A stretch of DNA of 64,000 bases from Candidatus Omnitrophota bacterium (GTDB lineage: Bacteria > Omnitrophota > Gorgyraeia > JABMRG01 > JAFGKX01), in contig JAZDPX010000045.1 in NCBI GenBank assembly GCA_043797125.1, forward strand, positions 8,338-72,337, given 5' to 3'. Of this stretch, positions 9,788 to 19,362 are shown one piece after another. Within the stretch, counting starts at the first letter, position 1. Each line of letters opens with the position of its first letter. The notes under the pieces are model-generated. The model was not told the origin of the DNA, searched no databases, and saw nothing but the letters and a program-made list of their open reading frames with translations. The position numbers were made by a program, and so were the translations under genes.

Positions 9788-10357
9788 ATGCCACGAATAC
9801 CAAGATTCTGCTATGAAACCGGAATATTTCATGTTATGAAACGAGGCAATAATAGACAGGTTATCTTTAAGGCCAATGCCGATTTTAGAAGATATCTATA
9901 CCTTCTAAAAAAATATAAACATAGGTATAAATTTAAATTATATGCATATTGCCTGCTGCCAAACCATATCCATCTTTTGCTAGAATGCCAGACGATAAAA
10001 ACACTGTCTAAGGCAATGCAGGGCATAGGCCTTTCCTACTGCCATTGGCACAAAAAACAATATGAGTTTACTGGGCATTTGTTCCAGGGTAGATTCAAAA
10101 GCTCGCCCATAGGCAAAGAGAGCTATCTGTTAGGGTGCGCTAGATATATTGAGCTTAACCCTGTTCGCTCTGGCCTTGTATTTGACCCTAGCGATTACCC
10201 CTGGAGCAGCTATAATGCCTATGCATTTGGCAAGGCGGATTATCTGGTAGACGTTCTACCAGAATATTTGGGGTTTGGTCATAACGATTGCGAACGACAA
10301 AAACAATATCGTGAGTTTGTGCTCGCAGAAAGGCCTGGGGACACTTTACAAGCGTAG
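9788..10357 (+). mobile_element. REP-associated tyrosine (HUH/Y1) transposase, RAYT/IS200-like
   Basis: HVMKRGNNRQVIF, YCLLPNHIHLL (HUH), FQGRFKS, RYIELNPVRSG, YPWSSY. SD AAGGAGG. Flanked by inverted REP clusters. Confidence 0.9.
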
Positions 10358-10401
10358 GGGTGAACCGTCCCCAAGCGTAGGGGTGAACCGTCCCCATATT
10401 T
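10336..10401. repeat. REP cluster, right flank of RAYT (inverted relative to the left)
   Basis: Two tandem CAAGCGTAGGGGTGAACCGTCCC units (cores at 10356-10373 and 10379-10396), plus GGGGACA at 10337. Confidence 0.82.
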
Positions 10402-10405
10402 TTAC

Positions 10406-10434
10406 TTGCTAAAGGGGAAGATATATCCTATAAT
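10406..10434 (+). promoter_or_regulatory. sigma70 promoter of the SurA/PpiD-like gene
   Basis: TTGCTA-17bp-TATAAT. Confidence 0.6.
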
Positions 10435-10455
10435 ATGCGAAACATAGGAGATTAT

Positions 10456-11892
10456 ATGCTTAATCCGTTGCGGAAAAAGGCAGTTATAAAATTTACAATG
10501 TGGGCGCTGATTGCCACTTTTGTTCTTTGGGGAGTAGGAAGCGCAACCATGACAACGCGCAATTACGCCGGTATAATATACGGCAGAAAAGTATACCCGC
10601 AGGAATACCAAAGTGCTTATTCCGCAGTTTTAACCCGCGCTAAGATACGTTATGGAGATAAGCTGCCTCAGGTAAGCAAATACATAGACCTTGGAGAGCA
10701 GGCATGGGACAGGCTGCTTCTTTTGCAATATGCCAAAAGAAGGCGCCTTAATGCGTCTAATAGGGATGTTATAGAAAGAATCGCCCAGATGCAGCTTTTC
10801 CAGCGCGGCGGTTACTTTGACAAAAGCGGCTATGATTATATTGTGGAGAATATATTCGGCATATCAGAAAGGCAATTTGAGGAATCGGTAAGAGAAGATA
10901 TTATAATCTCGAAGCTTGTTGAAGCCATGCAAAACGAAGTAACTGTTTCTGATGAAGAAATCCTGGAGGGCTACAGAATAAAAAATGAAAAGGCAGACAT
11001 AAGTTATATTTTAATAAATGCCGATTCGTTCAAGAATGAGGTTGTCATTGACGACAAAGAGCTTGAGCCTTTTTATAATGCCAATACAGAGCAATTCCGC
11101 AGCCCGGAAAAAATAAATGCTTACTATGTAAAAGCTCCATTTGCTGCGGGCGAGGCTGAAAGCTCTGCCGGTGACAAGGCCAAGAAAGAGGCCGAGCGCT
11201 TGGCTCACGAAATAAACGATTATTTAAATACCGGAGAGGATTTTAGCGCGCTGGCTCAAAAATATAACTTAGAGCTCAAAGAAACAGGCCCGTTTGCGCT
11301 TAGCGAGGAAATACCCGAAATAGGGCTCTCTTATCCTTTCTCCATAACAACCGCTTCGCTGGGTGATGAAAAGACAAATGATGTAGTAGAGGAAAAAGAC
11401 GCGTTTTACGTAATAAAATTAAAAGAAAAAACTCCTTCCAGTATCCGTTCTTTCCAGGAAGCGCAGGCTGATGTGCGCTTGGCGCTTATAGCCGATAAGG
11501 CTGACAAGCTCGCCCTGGCTTCTGCGCAAAATTATGCGGATATCCTAAAATCCGGAAAAGACACCCTAGAAAATATATCTCAGCAACTCGGTGTTGAATT
11601 AAACAAAAGGCAGGATATCGCAAGGCAGTCTTCTGTAGACGGGGTAGGAAACAACCCTGAATTTAACAGCGCCTGTTTTTCAATTAATGAGCAGGGGTCT
11701 GTCGGCCCTGTTAAGGTAGAAAACGGCTACGCCATTATCAGGCTTGACAAATTAAAGCCCCCTGATCAGGCGGCTTTCGAAAAAGAAAAACAGGAATTCT
11801 CAAAAGAGCTGCTTGATAAAAAGAGGGGTAAGTTTTTTGAGGATTGGTTCGTTGATTTTAAAAAACACGCAAATCTTAAGAAAAACATTTAA
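10456..11892 (+). CDS. SurA N-terminal domain / PpiD-like periplasmic chaperone-rotamase
   Basis: N-terminal TM helix (WALIATFVLWGV), SurA_N helices, rotamase-like GEDFSALAQKY and GPVKVENGYAII. Start moved to ATG 10456 because of the GGAG SD and because the track ATG abuts the -10 box. Confidence 0.82.
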   Translation: MLNPLRKKAVIKFTMWALIATFVLWGVGSATMTTRNYAGIIYGRKVYPQEYQSAYSAVLTRAKIRYGDKLPQVSKYIDLGEQAWDRLLLLQYAKRRRLNASNRDVIERIAQMQLFQRGGYFDKSGYDYIVENIFGISERQFEESVREDIIISKLVEAMQNEVTVSDEEILEGYRIKNEKADISYILINADSFKNEVVIDDKELEPFYNANTEQFRSPEKINAYYVKAPFAAGEAESSAGDKAKKEAERLAHEINDYLNTGEDFSALAQKYNLELKETGPFALSEEIPEIGLSYPFSITTASLGDEKTNDVVEEKDAFYVIKLKEKTPSSIRSFQEAQADVRLALIADKADKLALASAQNYADILKSGKDTLENISQQLGVELNKRQDIARQSSVDGVGNNPEFNSACFSINEQGSVGPVKVENGYAIIRLDKLKPPDQAAFEKEKQEFSKELLDKKRGKFFEDWFVDFKKHANLKKNI

Positions 11893-12674
11893 GCGTTTTT
11901 AATCGCAACTTCATCAACAAATTCCCGAGCAATTTTTCCCATTTCCTCTAGGACATTTTTTGGGTAGGGCTTAATTTTTAAAAAGGCGGAGTCCAGTGTA
12001 TCTTTTGGAGAAAACTGCTGAAGCGAAAGTTTCCTCGCGCCTTTTATTAATCGGGCGATTTCCTTTATATCCTTAACATTAATTATTCCAGGCACAACTG
12101 TTGTGCGAAACTCATAATCTATGCCCGATGACATAATAATTTGTATGGATTTGGCAATGTCTTGCGTATTAATATCTGTGGCTGTTGCAGTTTTATATTT
12201 AGCAAGCGGCGCCTTTATGTCCATTGCTATATAATCTAACTTTTTAGCGTCGAGCAGGGCTTTTATTTTATCGGGGTGTGTGCCGTTGGTTTCTAACATT
12301 ACCTTAAGCTTGTATTTTTTTATCTCGTCGATTAAAAGGGTGAGCCACTCATGCATGGTGGGTTCGCCTCCTGATATAACCACCGCGTCAAGCCAGAGCC
12401 TTTTTGTTTTCAGGTAAGCTGTTATTTTTTCGAATGGCACAGTTTCCTTTATTCTGTCCAAAACAAGGGCCTTTGCGTGGCAAAACCCGCAGCGCAGGTT
12501 GCAGCCGGGTAAAAATAAAATGGAGGTTAGCTTGCCTTCCCACTCCAGCAAGCTAACCTCCTGAAAACCTTTTATATTAAACCTTTTGCAGGGCTGTTTC
12601 GAAATGAGTTTTGAGCTCGTCTGAGTTTGGGACTTCCCCATCCCATCTTGCGATTGTTTCATTGTCTTTTTCAA
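11889..12674 (-). CDS. nrdG: Anaerobic ribonucleoside-triphosphate reductase activating radical-SAM protein (start uncertain; recognisable sequence begins about 12580)
   Basis: CNLRCGFCH radical SAM motif, SGGEPT, LETNG, YEFRTT. Downstream of nrdD. Confidence 0.88.
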   Translation of the reverse strand: MKKTMKQSQDGMGKSQTQTSSKLISKQPCKRFNIKGFQEVSLLEWEGKLTSILFLPGCNLRCGFCHAKALVLDRIKETVPFEKITAYLKTKRLWLDAVVISGGEPTMHEWLTLLIDEIKKYKLKVMLETNGTHPDKIKALLDAKKLDYIAMDIKAPLAKYKTATATDINTQDIAKSIQIIMSSGIDYEFRTTVVPGIINVKDIKEIARLIKGARKLSLQQFSPKDTLDSAFLKIKPYPKNVLEEMGKIAREFVDEVAIKNA

Positions 12675-12861
12675 TAACCGTGGTCGGTATTTTTAATACG
12701 TCGTAATAGGCGCCTTCCGCTACCCCGTCAATTGTGTCCATATCCATAAAATCCAGTGATACAATATCATTATAATTCCATTTTTCAATAAAATGCGAAA
12801 GTTTATTTCTTGTCGTCTCGCATTTTGCGCAGCCTTTTTTCCCGAATATCTTTATTTTCAT
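12577..12861 (-). CDS. Thioredoxin/NrdH-like redoxin
   Basis: MKIKIFGKKGCAKC (CxxC) and cis-Pro motif KIPT. GAGG SD before ATG 12861. Confidence 0.8.
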   Translation of the reverse strand: MKIKIFGKKGCAKCETTRNKLSHFIEKWNYNDIVSLDFMDMDTIDGVAEGAYYDVLKIPTTVIEKDNETIARWDGEVPNSDELKTHFETALQKV

Positions 12862-12886
12862 AATTTCCTCGAATTTACACCTCAAA

Positions 12887-12913
12887 CTTTACACTTTACA
12901 CTTAACACTTTAC
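12887..12913. repeat. Heptamer tandem repeat (CTTTACA)n
   Basis: ctttaca ctttaca cttaaca ctttac, between nrdD and the redoxin gene. Confidence 0.7.
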
Positions 12914-15351
12914 GCTTCTAAAGCCACTTGATAATTATGCGGGCTTTTCCTCCTGTCTCTTAATTCGCCCAGCTTTGACTTGTTCCAATTATCAATCCTT
13001 GAATAATAACCCACAATCCTTGTTACTCCGTATATATTATCCGAGCCGCAGTGCGAACAGCTGTTTTTAAGCCCGAGTTCATTTTTGTGGCACGTGTTGC
13101 ATATTGTAAACTCGGGAGATATTGTAAGCTGCGCTGCCTGCGTATTATAATAGGTCTTCTGGACTAAATTCATAATTGATTTTGCCGACGGCAGTTTCTC
13201 GCCTACAAAGGCGTGAATAATAGCGCCTGATTCTATCATCGTATGGAATTTGGATTGCTTTTGTATTCTGGTTATTATATCTATCGGCGCATCCGGGGCA
13301 AAGTGGATGGAATTAGTATAATAGTACGCGTCGTTCTCGATGTCTCCCTTCATAACGGTTTCGGATTCCGGGAAATTTCTCAAATCAACTTTTGCCAGGC
13401 GCCTTGCCGCTGATTCGGCCGGGGATTCTTCCAGGGAGAATTTTAACCCAAGCTTTTCTCCGTCCTTTTTTGCCTTAATATACATAGATGATATTATCTT
13501 AAGCCCCAGCTTGTAAATCTCCTCGTCTTCGTGCAGCTGCTTGCCTGTTAAAAACTGCACGCATTCATCAAGCCCGAGTATTCCTATTATATATGTGGCC
13601 GTGCTTAAATCCACGTATTTTCTTCCGTCCAACGCTATCTTGCCTATTTCCCATAAAGGCAGACCAGGCTCCTGCATGATTCTGGCGATAAATTCCTTTT
13701 TCTGCAAATGCGCCTTGACAGCCAAATCCATGCACTTTTCTATTTCATTAAGTAACCCGTCTATATTACCTTTTCCTGCGCGGTACGCTGCCTGAGGCAA
13801 ATTTATGGTTATGTTCTGGAAGCCGCAGAAACGCATGCTCTCCGGATGCTCGATCATATAATTATCTTTTATCTGTGTTCGCAGCCTGCAGCAGGCGGAT
13901 AGTGTAACTTCATCCCTGTCAAAAACAAAATACGGAGCCCCGTTTTCGCTGGCCACCAAACAGGCATGTTCCAGGAGTTCTTTCTGTGCCGGGTCTTTAA
14001 ATGTTTCTTCGTTTATGTGGAAATCGCATTTAGGGAATGCGAACGGCTTACCGTTCTCATCGCCGTAGCGCCAGACCTCAAGCATTGCCTTTGCAAACTT
14101 CTGGGCTGTTTTCTCATAATAATCGTAGGTCTTGCCGGTATACTGGCCTTTCGGCCCGATAGCAGGTATCTTTTTAAGATATGTCGGTGTTCCTGTGTGG
14201 ACGTTGTGGTCTATAAAAAGGCTCTGGCCCCCTCTTGAAAATGCGTTCTGGGAACCGGAAAATATAAGATACTGCGCCTCCTGCTTTAGCTCGTCGTCCG
14301 ACATTCCCTCTAAATAAGGCGCGTACATTATATTTATATAGCCTATTCCCAGGGCGCCGGCGTAAAACGCCTGCATGCTTGCCAAAAATGTATTAAGGTG
14401 CCCTGTCAGGGTCCTGGCGTATTTGGCGGGGGCGCTTTGCGTGTCTAGGCCGCCTAATTTTAATCCGTATTTTTTAATATATTCCAAAGAGTGCGAACTG
14501 CAATACACTCTCGTGGGGTATCCTAAATCATGCAGGTGGATCATGCCCTTCATGTGCGCGTCTGCCACATCTTCGGAAAATATCCTGTGCAGGGCGTATT
14601 GTTTAAGGGTTGTTTCCGCTATGGATAAATTAACAGCCTCGGGATTATTGGTCGAGATATTAGAATTTTCATTGCTCTTTGTGAGGATAAGTCTGTCTAA
14701 ATCATAGGTCGGCATTCCTATTATAGCCTGCTTTCTTAATGTTGCGTTTAAACCGCGCTCAAATAATTCATTGTCAACCAATTCCCTTATAAGTGTTGTG
14801 GAAAGAAGCCTGTGTTCTGAAGCGATTATTTTATTTTCAACCGCTGAAGCTATTTTAGCAGCTAGCTCCTCATCAAGCCCTGCCTCTTTTTTCAGTGCCT
14901 GCGTAATCTTTGTCTTACTCCACGGCACTATCTCGTCTTTCGCCATTGGTGTAACTAAAAGCGACATGTCCGTAGTGTTGTTGGACGCTGTTACGGTCTT
15001 TCTTACGCGTAACGTCCTTCTGCTTAGCGTTCTTTTTTCGCGGTATAATATATATGACTTGGCGGTCTTGGCATGGCCTGTCTCTATCAACACCTTTTCG
15101 ACTATGTCCTGTATCTCTTCTATAGACGGAGTGGCCGGGCCGTATGTTTTATGCAAGAAAAGCTCGACTGCCGATGCCAGCTCCTCGGCAAGAATCCTAT
15201 CTTCTCCGCCCACCGAAACAGCTGCTTTATATATAGCGTCTATTATCTTACTTTTATCAAACGGGACAACAGAGCCGTCTCTCTTTTTTACTGAGGTAAA
15301 ATAATGCCCGCGTTCTCTTTTATCCTTTGTTATTAACTTTTCAGTAAACAT
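12910..15351 (-). CDS. nrdD: Class III anaerobic ribonucleoside-triphosphate reductase with two ATP-cones
   Basis: ATP-cone VKKRDG..FDKSKI, IHLHDL, SACCRL, SPAES, YYTNS, Zn CxxC..CxxC, glycyl radical RIVGYY. Confidence 0.96.
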   Translation of the reverse strand: MFTEKLITKDKRERGHYFTSVKKRDGSVVPFDKSKIIDAIYKAAVSVGGEDRILAEELASAVELFLHKTYGPATPSIEEIQDIVEKVLIETGHAKTAKSYILYREKRTLSRRTLRVRKTVTASNNTTDMSLLVTPMAKDEIVPWSKTKITQALKKEAGLDEELAAKIASAVENKIIASEHRLLSTTLIRELVDNELFERGLNATLRKQAIIGMPTYDLDRLILTKSNENSNISTNNPEAVNLSIAETTLKQYALHRIFSEDVADAHMKGMIHLHDLGYPTRVYCSSHSLEYIKKYGLKLGGLDTQSAPAKYARTLTGHLNTFLASMQAFYAGALGIGYINIMYAPYLEGMSDDELKQEAQYLIFSGSQNAFSRGGQSLFIDHNVHTGTPTYLKKIPAIGPKGQYTGKTYDYYEKTAQKFAKAMLEVWRYGDENGKPFAFPKCDFHINEETFKDPAQKELLEHACLVASENGAPYFVFDRDEVTLSACCRLRTQIKDNYMIEHPESMRFCGFQNITINLPQAAYRAGKGNIDGLLNEIEKCMDLAVKAHLQKKEFIARIMQEPGLPLWEIGKIALDGRKYVDLSTATYIIGILGLDECVQFLTGKQLHEDEEIYKLGLKIISSMYIKAKKDGEKLGLKFSLEESPAESAARRLAKVDLRNFPESETVMKGDIENDAYYYTNSIHFAPDAPIDIITRIQKQSKFHTMIESGAIIHAFVGEKLPSAKSIMNLVQKTYYNTQAAQLTISPEFTICNTCHKNELGLKNSCSHCGSDNIYGVTRIVGYYSRIDNWNKSKLGELRDRRKSPHNYQVALEA

Positions 15352-15353
15352 CT

Positions 15354-15815
15354 TTACTTCCTCTCTAGTTTAATGATATCTTTTAGCTCTTTCATAAATT
15401 CGCTTATATCTTTAAATTCTCTATATACGGAGGCAAACCTTACATAAGCCACCTGGTCTATAGAATGGAGTTTTTTCATTATTAGTTCGCCTATTTGGGA
15501 TGATTTAACTTCCTTGTCGTGGCGTTTTAAAAGTGTCCTTTCAACATTATCCAGAAGGGTCTCTATCTGCTTGGCGCTTATAGGCCTTTTCTCGCAAGCC
15601 TTTAGCAGGCCTGACATAATCTTGTTTCTGTCAAACGGCTGTCGCTGCCCGCTTTTTTTAACAACCATAAGCGGTATCTCTTCAATGTGCTCATAGGTAG
15701 TAAATCTTCTCTGGCATTTTAAACATTCGCGCCTTCTCCTTGTAGAATCGTTTTCGCCGCTTGCGCGCGAGTCTACTACCTTATCTTCCGGGTGTCCGCA
15801 GTATGGGCATCTCAT
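15354..15815 (-). CDS. nrdR: Transcriptional repressor NrdR
   Basis: MRCPYC..VVDSR..RRRRECLKC.RRFTTYE, ATP-cone, VAYVRFASVYREF. Confidence 0.98.
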   Translation of the reverse strand: MRCPYCGHPEDKVVDSRASGENDSTRRRRECLKCQRRFTTYEHIEEIPLMVVKKSGQRQPFDRNKIMSGLLKACEKRPISAKQIETLLDNVERTLLKRHDKEVKSSQIGELIMKKLHSIDQVAYVRFASVYREFKDISEFMKELKDIIKLERK

Positions 15816-15823
15816 GGAAAGTT

Positions 15824-15852
15824 ACTATAATACATTGTAAAAAGAATGTCAA
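15824..15852 (-). promoter_or_regulatory. sigma70 promoter of nrdR-nrdD-trx-nrdG (leaderless or near-leaderless)
   Basis: TTGACA-17bp-TATAGT, 8 nt before ATG 15815. Confidence 0.7.
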
Positions 15853-15870
15853 TGATAAAATTTCGCAAAA

Positions 15871-15918
15871 ATACATTATATTGTGGTTGTCGTCGTGATT
15901 TGGGCCTATATATAGGTG
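15871..15918. promoter_or_regulatory. Tandem NrdR boxes
   Basis: ATACATTATATTGTGG (15871-15886) and GGCCTATATATAGGTG (15903-15918) match the acaCwAtATaTwGtg consensus. The 32-bp offset is typical of paired NrdR boxes. Confidence 0.7.
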
Positions 15919-15926
15919 GGGGGGGG

Positions 15927-16394
15927 TTATGCCTCTATTACCTTTACGCGGGCTTTTTTGAAAAATTTCATTGCCATTTTATCGGGGTAGCTGCCTCTTA
16001 CAACAATCCTTTTTATGCCCGCGTTTATTATCATCTTGGCGCATATAAAACAAGGCTGGTTTGTACAGTATAGGGTCGCGTCATCTAAACTTACCCCGTA
16101 AACAGCTGCCTGGATTATCGCGTTTTGTTCTGCATGCAACCCGCGGCATAATTCATGCCTCTGGCCTGAAGGAATATTTAACTCTTCCCTGAGGCAGCCT
16201 GCAAACTCGCAGTGCGGAATGCCTTTTGGCGCGCCGTTATACCCTGTGGATAAGATGTGTTTATCCTTTACAAGCACCGCGCCGACCTTTCTTCTTAAGC
16301 AGGTAGACCTTTCGCAGACAAGCTGGGCGACTTTCAGGAAATATTCATCCCAACCCGGCCTTTTAATTATTTTTTTTATTTTAGCCTTTTTCAT
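15927..16394 (-). CDS. dCMP deaminase (cytidine/deoxycytidylate deaminase, ComEB family)
   Basis: [31 protein letters not shown]. Confidence 0.93.
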   Translation of the reverse strand: MKKAKIKKIIKRPGWDEYFLKVAQLVCERSTCLRRKVGAVLVKDKHILSTGYNGAPKGIPHCEFAGCLREELNIPSGQRHELCRGLHAEQNAIIQAAVYGVSLDDATLYCTNQPCFICAKMIINAGIKRIVVRGSYPDKMAMKFFKKARVKVIEA

Positions 16395-17652
16395 TTTTCA
16401 TCTTTCTGATACGTTCCGTGTATAGAGGAAACTTTTTTACAAGCAACGCCACGTCATTAGCAACCTTTTTTATTTTCTTCTTATCGTTTACATCGGTAAC
16501 TACTTCGTCTATAAAAGAGACGATCTTGCGCATCTGGGGCTCTTTCATTCCCCTTGTTGTAACCGCGGGGGTGCCAATCCTTATGCCGCTTGTAACAAAC
16601 GGCGAGTTCGCATCATAAGGAATTAAATTTTTATTTACAGTTATGCTCGCCTCATCTAGCGCAGCTGCCGCTTCCTTGCCTGTTACGTTTCTGGATTTGA
16701 CAAGATTGACCAGCAAAAGATGATTATCCGTCCCGCCTGACACTATATAGAACTTTCGTTTTTTAAATTCCTCACAAATTGTTTTCGCGTTTTGTATAGT
16801 CTGAAGCTGCTTCTGTTTAAACTCCGCGGTCGCGGCATTTTTAAAAGCAACCGCCTTGGCAGCGATTATATGCATAAGCGGCCCGCCCTGTAAACCCGGA
16901 AAAACCATCGTATCTATCGCTTTCGCGTATTTTTCTTTGCAAAGTATGAAACCGCTTCTTGGGCCGCGCAAGGTCTTGTGCGTTGTGCTTGTAACAAAAT
17001 CCGCGTAAGGAGTCGGGTTGGGGTGTAAGCCTGCTGCCACAAGGCCCGCGATATGCGCCATATCGACCATAAGTAAAGCCCCTACATCGTCGCAAATCTC
17101 TCTGAACTTCTTAAAATCAAGGGTTCTCGGATAAGCGCTGGCGCCCGCTAAAATAAGCTTTGGCTTATGTTCTCTGGCTAAGCGCAGGACTTCATTATAA
17201 TCAATGGTTTCCGTGTTTTTATCAACCCCGTAAAATACCATATTGAAATATTTGCCCGAGTAATTAAGTTTGTGGCCGTGCGTAAGATGCCCGCCGCAGG
17301 ATAAATCCATGGCAAGCGCGGTATCGCCCATGTTAAGCTGGCTGAAAAACACAGCCATATTAGCGCTTGAGCCTGAATGCGGCTGGACATTAGCGTGCTC
17401 CGCGTTGAAAAGTTTTTTTACTCTTTCAATCGCCAGGGCTTCGGCAATATCGACATATTGACACCCGCTATACCAGCGTTTAGCTGGATAGCCTTCGGCA
17501 TACTTGTTTGTCATTACAGAGCCTTGAGCCTCCAACACCGCCTCGTCCACGAAATTCTCGCTGGCGATAAGCTCTATTTTATCGTTCTGCCTTTTTGTCT
17601 CATCTAAAATAGCCTTGTATATTGCCGGGTCTTTCTTTTTAAGCAAACTCAT
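16381..17652 (-). CDS. glyA: Serine hydroxymethyltransferase
   Basis: [39 protein letters not shown]. Confidence 0.98.
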   Translation of the reverse strand: MSLLKKKDPAIYKAILDETKRQNDKIELIASENFVDEAVLEAQGSVMTNKYAEGYPAKRWYSGCQYVDIAEALAIERVKKLFNAEHANVQPHSGSSANMAVFFSQLNMGDTALAMDLSCGGHLTHGHKLNYSGKYFNMVFYGVDKNTETIDYNEVLRLAREHKPKLILAGASAYPRTLDFKKFREICDDVGALLMVDMAHIAGLVAAGLHPNPTPYADFVTSTTHKTLRGPRSGFILCKEKYAKAIDTMVFPGLQGGPLMHIIAAKAVAFKNAATAEFKQKQLQTIQNAKTICEEFKKRKFYIVSGGTDNHLLLVNLVKSRNVTGKEAAAALDEASITVNKNLIPYDANSPFVTSGIRIGTPAVTTRGMKEPQMRKIVSFIDEVVTDVNDKKKIKKVANDVALLVKKFPLYTERIRKMKNEKG

Positions 17653-17686
17653 GGCTTAATTTTCTCCTTTTAGGTAATAATTCGCG

Positions 17687-17726
17687 CCCCTACGTAGCGG
17701 AGCCTTAAGGCTCCGCTACGTAGGGG
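17687..17726. repeat. GTAG palindrome copy 1 (26-bp core at 17694-17719, extended to 40 bp)
   Basis: CCCCTAC-GTAGCGGAGCCTTAAGGCTCCGCTAC-GTAGGGG is a perfect palindrome. Confidence 0.9.
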
Positions 17727-17752
17727 TCTAGATGCTTACAATGGCTAAATTA

Positions 17753-18823
17753 TTACCCTCTTAGTTTCTTCGCTATAGATTTTACAGCTTCTTCAATCTG
17801 CCTAAAGCTTTCCTCGTACGCGAGAAACGCGTGGCCTATCGGGTCAGGGACATCAATGCTGTCTTTTGTAGTGCCCGCGAATTCCTTAAAAACATAGGTC
17901 TTATTTTTTGCGTTTGGTATTTTAGCGATAATAAGATTTTTCTGCAAAAGCTCCATAACAAAAATAATGTCTGCCCAATCCGCCAGCTCGCCTGTGAATC
18001 TGTGCGTTTTAAAATCAGACATATCAATATTTGCGTACCTTTTCATTGCTTCCTGCATCTCTTCTGAAGGCAGTAATCCGTCTATCGCTATTATGCCTGC
18101 TGATTTTATATCAAATCCGTATTTTGTCAACTCCCTTTTTAAAAGCGCCTCTGCCATTGGAGAGCGGCAACTGTTGCCTGCGCAAACCACAAGTATGTTT
18201 TTAATTTCCCCGCTTTTTTGGCTAAGAATAGCTTTTATCCTGTCTATATTGCTGCCCTCTCTTAGGATCTTTGGCTCCTGCGAGCTTATGTCTATTACTG
18301 TCGATGATATGCCCATTTCCGTGGGCCCTGAGTCTATAACCATATCTATGAGCCCGTCAAAGGCCTGGACCACGCTGAATGGCTCGACCGGATCCGGCCT
18401 GCCTGATATGTTGGCGCTCGGCACAGCTATATCAAGGCCGCCTTCTTTTATCAATTCGATTGCTATTTTATTCGCGGGTATTCTAAAGCCTATTTTTTCG
18501 CTGTCTTTTGATTTTAATATTATTGTCAAAGGCCCGGGCCAAAATTCATCCATAAGCTTTTTTGCGAGAGGCGTTACCTCGTGCGCATAATGCAAAACCC
18601 TTGTCTTATCAGCTATCTGTATTGTAAATGGTTTATCTTTAGGGCGCTTTTTTATATTATACAGCCTGTCAATGGCCTTTTTATTGTTGTAATCTGCCCC
18701 AAGGCCGTACACGGTCTCTGTAGGAAAGGCGACAATGCCGCCTTTTTTTAAGATATCCGCCGCTTGTTTTATTATGTTCGGGTCAGGGTTGTCTGGATCG
18801 ACTTTTACTATCTTTGTCTGCAT
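17753..18823 (-). CDS. tsaC: TsaC/Sua5 threonylcarbamoyl-AMP synthase fused to a low-molecular-weight (YwlE-like) phosphatase
   Basis: N-terminal FPTETVYGL, KKRP.DKP, PSANISG, SSTVID. C-terminal VCAGNSCRSPMAE and DVPDP. Confidence 0.9.
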   Translation of the reverse strand: MQTKIVKVDPDNPDPNIIKQAADILKKGGIVAFPTETVYGLGADYNNKKAIDRLYNIKKRPKDKPFTIQIADKTRVLHYAHEVTPLAKKLMDEFWPGPLTIILKSKDSEKIGFRIPANKIAIELIKEGGLDIAVPSANISGRPDPVEPFSVVQAFDGLIDMVIDSGPTEMGISSTVIDISSQEPKILREGSNIDRIKAILSQKSGEIKNILVVCAGNSCRSPMAEALLKRELTKYGFDIKSAGIIAIDGLLPSEEMQEAMKRYANIDMSDFKTHRFTGELADWADIIFVMELLQKNLIIAKIPNAKNKTYVFKEFAGTTKDSIDVPDPIGHAFLAYEESFRQIEEAVKSIAKKLRG

Positions 18824-18840
18824 AGGTTTCCCATGAAGCC

Positions 18841-18878
18841 GTAGCGGAGCCTTAAGGCTCCGCTACGGTTGTGGATAA
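18841..18878. repeat. GTAG palindrome copy 2 + DnaA box
   Basis: Core at 18841-18866, TGTGGATAA at 18870-18878. Confidence 0.9.
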
Positions 18879-18881
18879 GTG

Positions 18882-19352
18882 CTATTTCCTCAAAACCGCT
18901 TTTGCTAGTTTCTTCTTATGCGCAGCTAATTTTTTCTGCAAACCCTTATCGTTTCCAGCCAAGATCTGCGCCGCGAAAATGCCTGAGTTTTTAGCGCCTG
19001 CTGTTCCTATCGCCATGCACGCGACAGGAACTCCTCCGGGCATCTGCACTGTGGAAAACAACGCGTCTATGCCTGCTAACGACTTATTTTCTATGGGTAT
19101 GCCGATTACCGGCAATGTTGTATGCGCGGCAACAACGCCTGCTAAATGAGCGGCATAGCCGGCTGCGCAAATTATAACCTTTATGCCTTTTTCTTTAGCT
19201 CCTTCTGCAAATTTTGCCGTTTCTTTAGGTGTTCTGTGCGCCGATAAAACCTTTACAACATATTCTATGCCAAATTCGTTTAATATATCCAAACCATGCT
19301 GCACAGTAGGCATGTCTGATTCGCTGCCCATGATTATTGCGACTTTTATCAT
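18882..19352 (-). CDS. purE: N5-CAIR mutase
   Basis: IMGSESD, SAHRTP, AAHLAGV, QMPGGVPVA. Confidence 0.97.
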   Translation of the reverse strand: MIKVAIIMGSESDMPTVQHGLDILNEFGIEYVVKVLSAHRTPKETAKFAEGAKEKGIKVIICAAGYAAHLAGVVAAHTTLPVIGIPIENKSLAGIDALFSTVQMPGGVPVACMAIGTAGAKNSGIFAAQILAGNDKGLQKKLAAHKKKLAKAVLRK

Positions 19353-19362
19353 CGTATGCTCC

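Noticed and set aside
10349-10396. 23-nt tandem repeats as a mini-CRISPR, or the element as IS605
   Set aside because: There are no unique spacers and no tnpB. The pattern fits REPs around a RAYT.
15918-15926. G9 tract as a phase-variation switch
   Set aside because: It is intergenic and outside the promoter spacer and the NrdR box pair, so a length change has no evident effect.
16245-16253. Perfect TGTGGATAA inside the dCMP deaminase gene
   Set aside because: It encodes the conserved ILSTGY segment, has no palindrome attached, and about one chance hit is expected.
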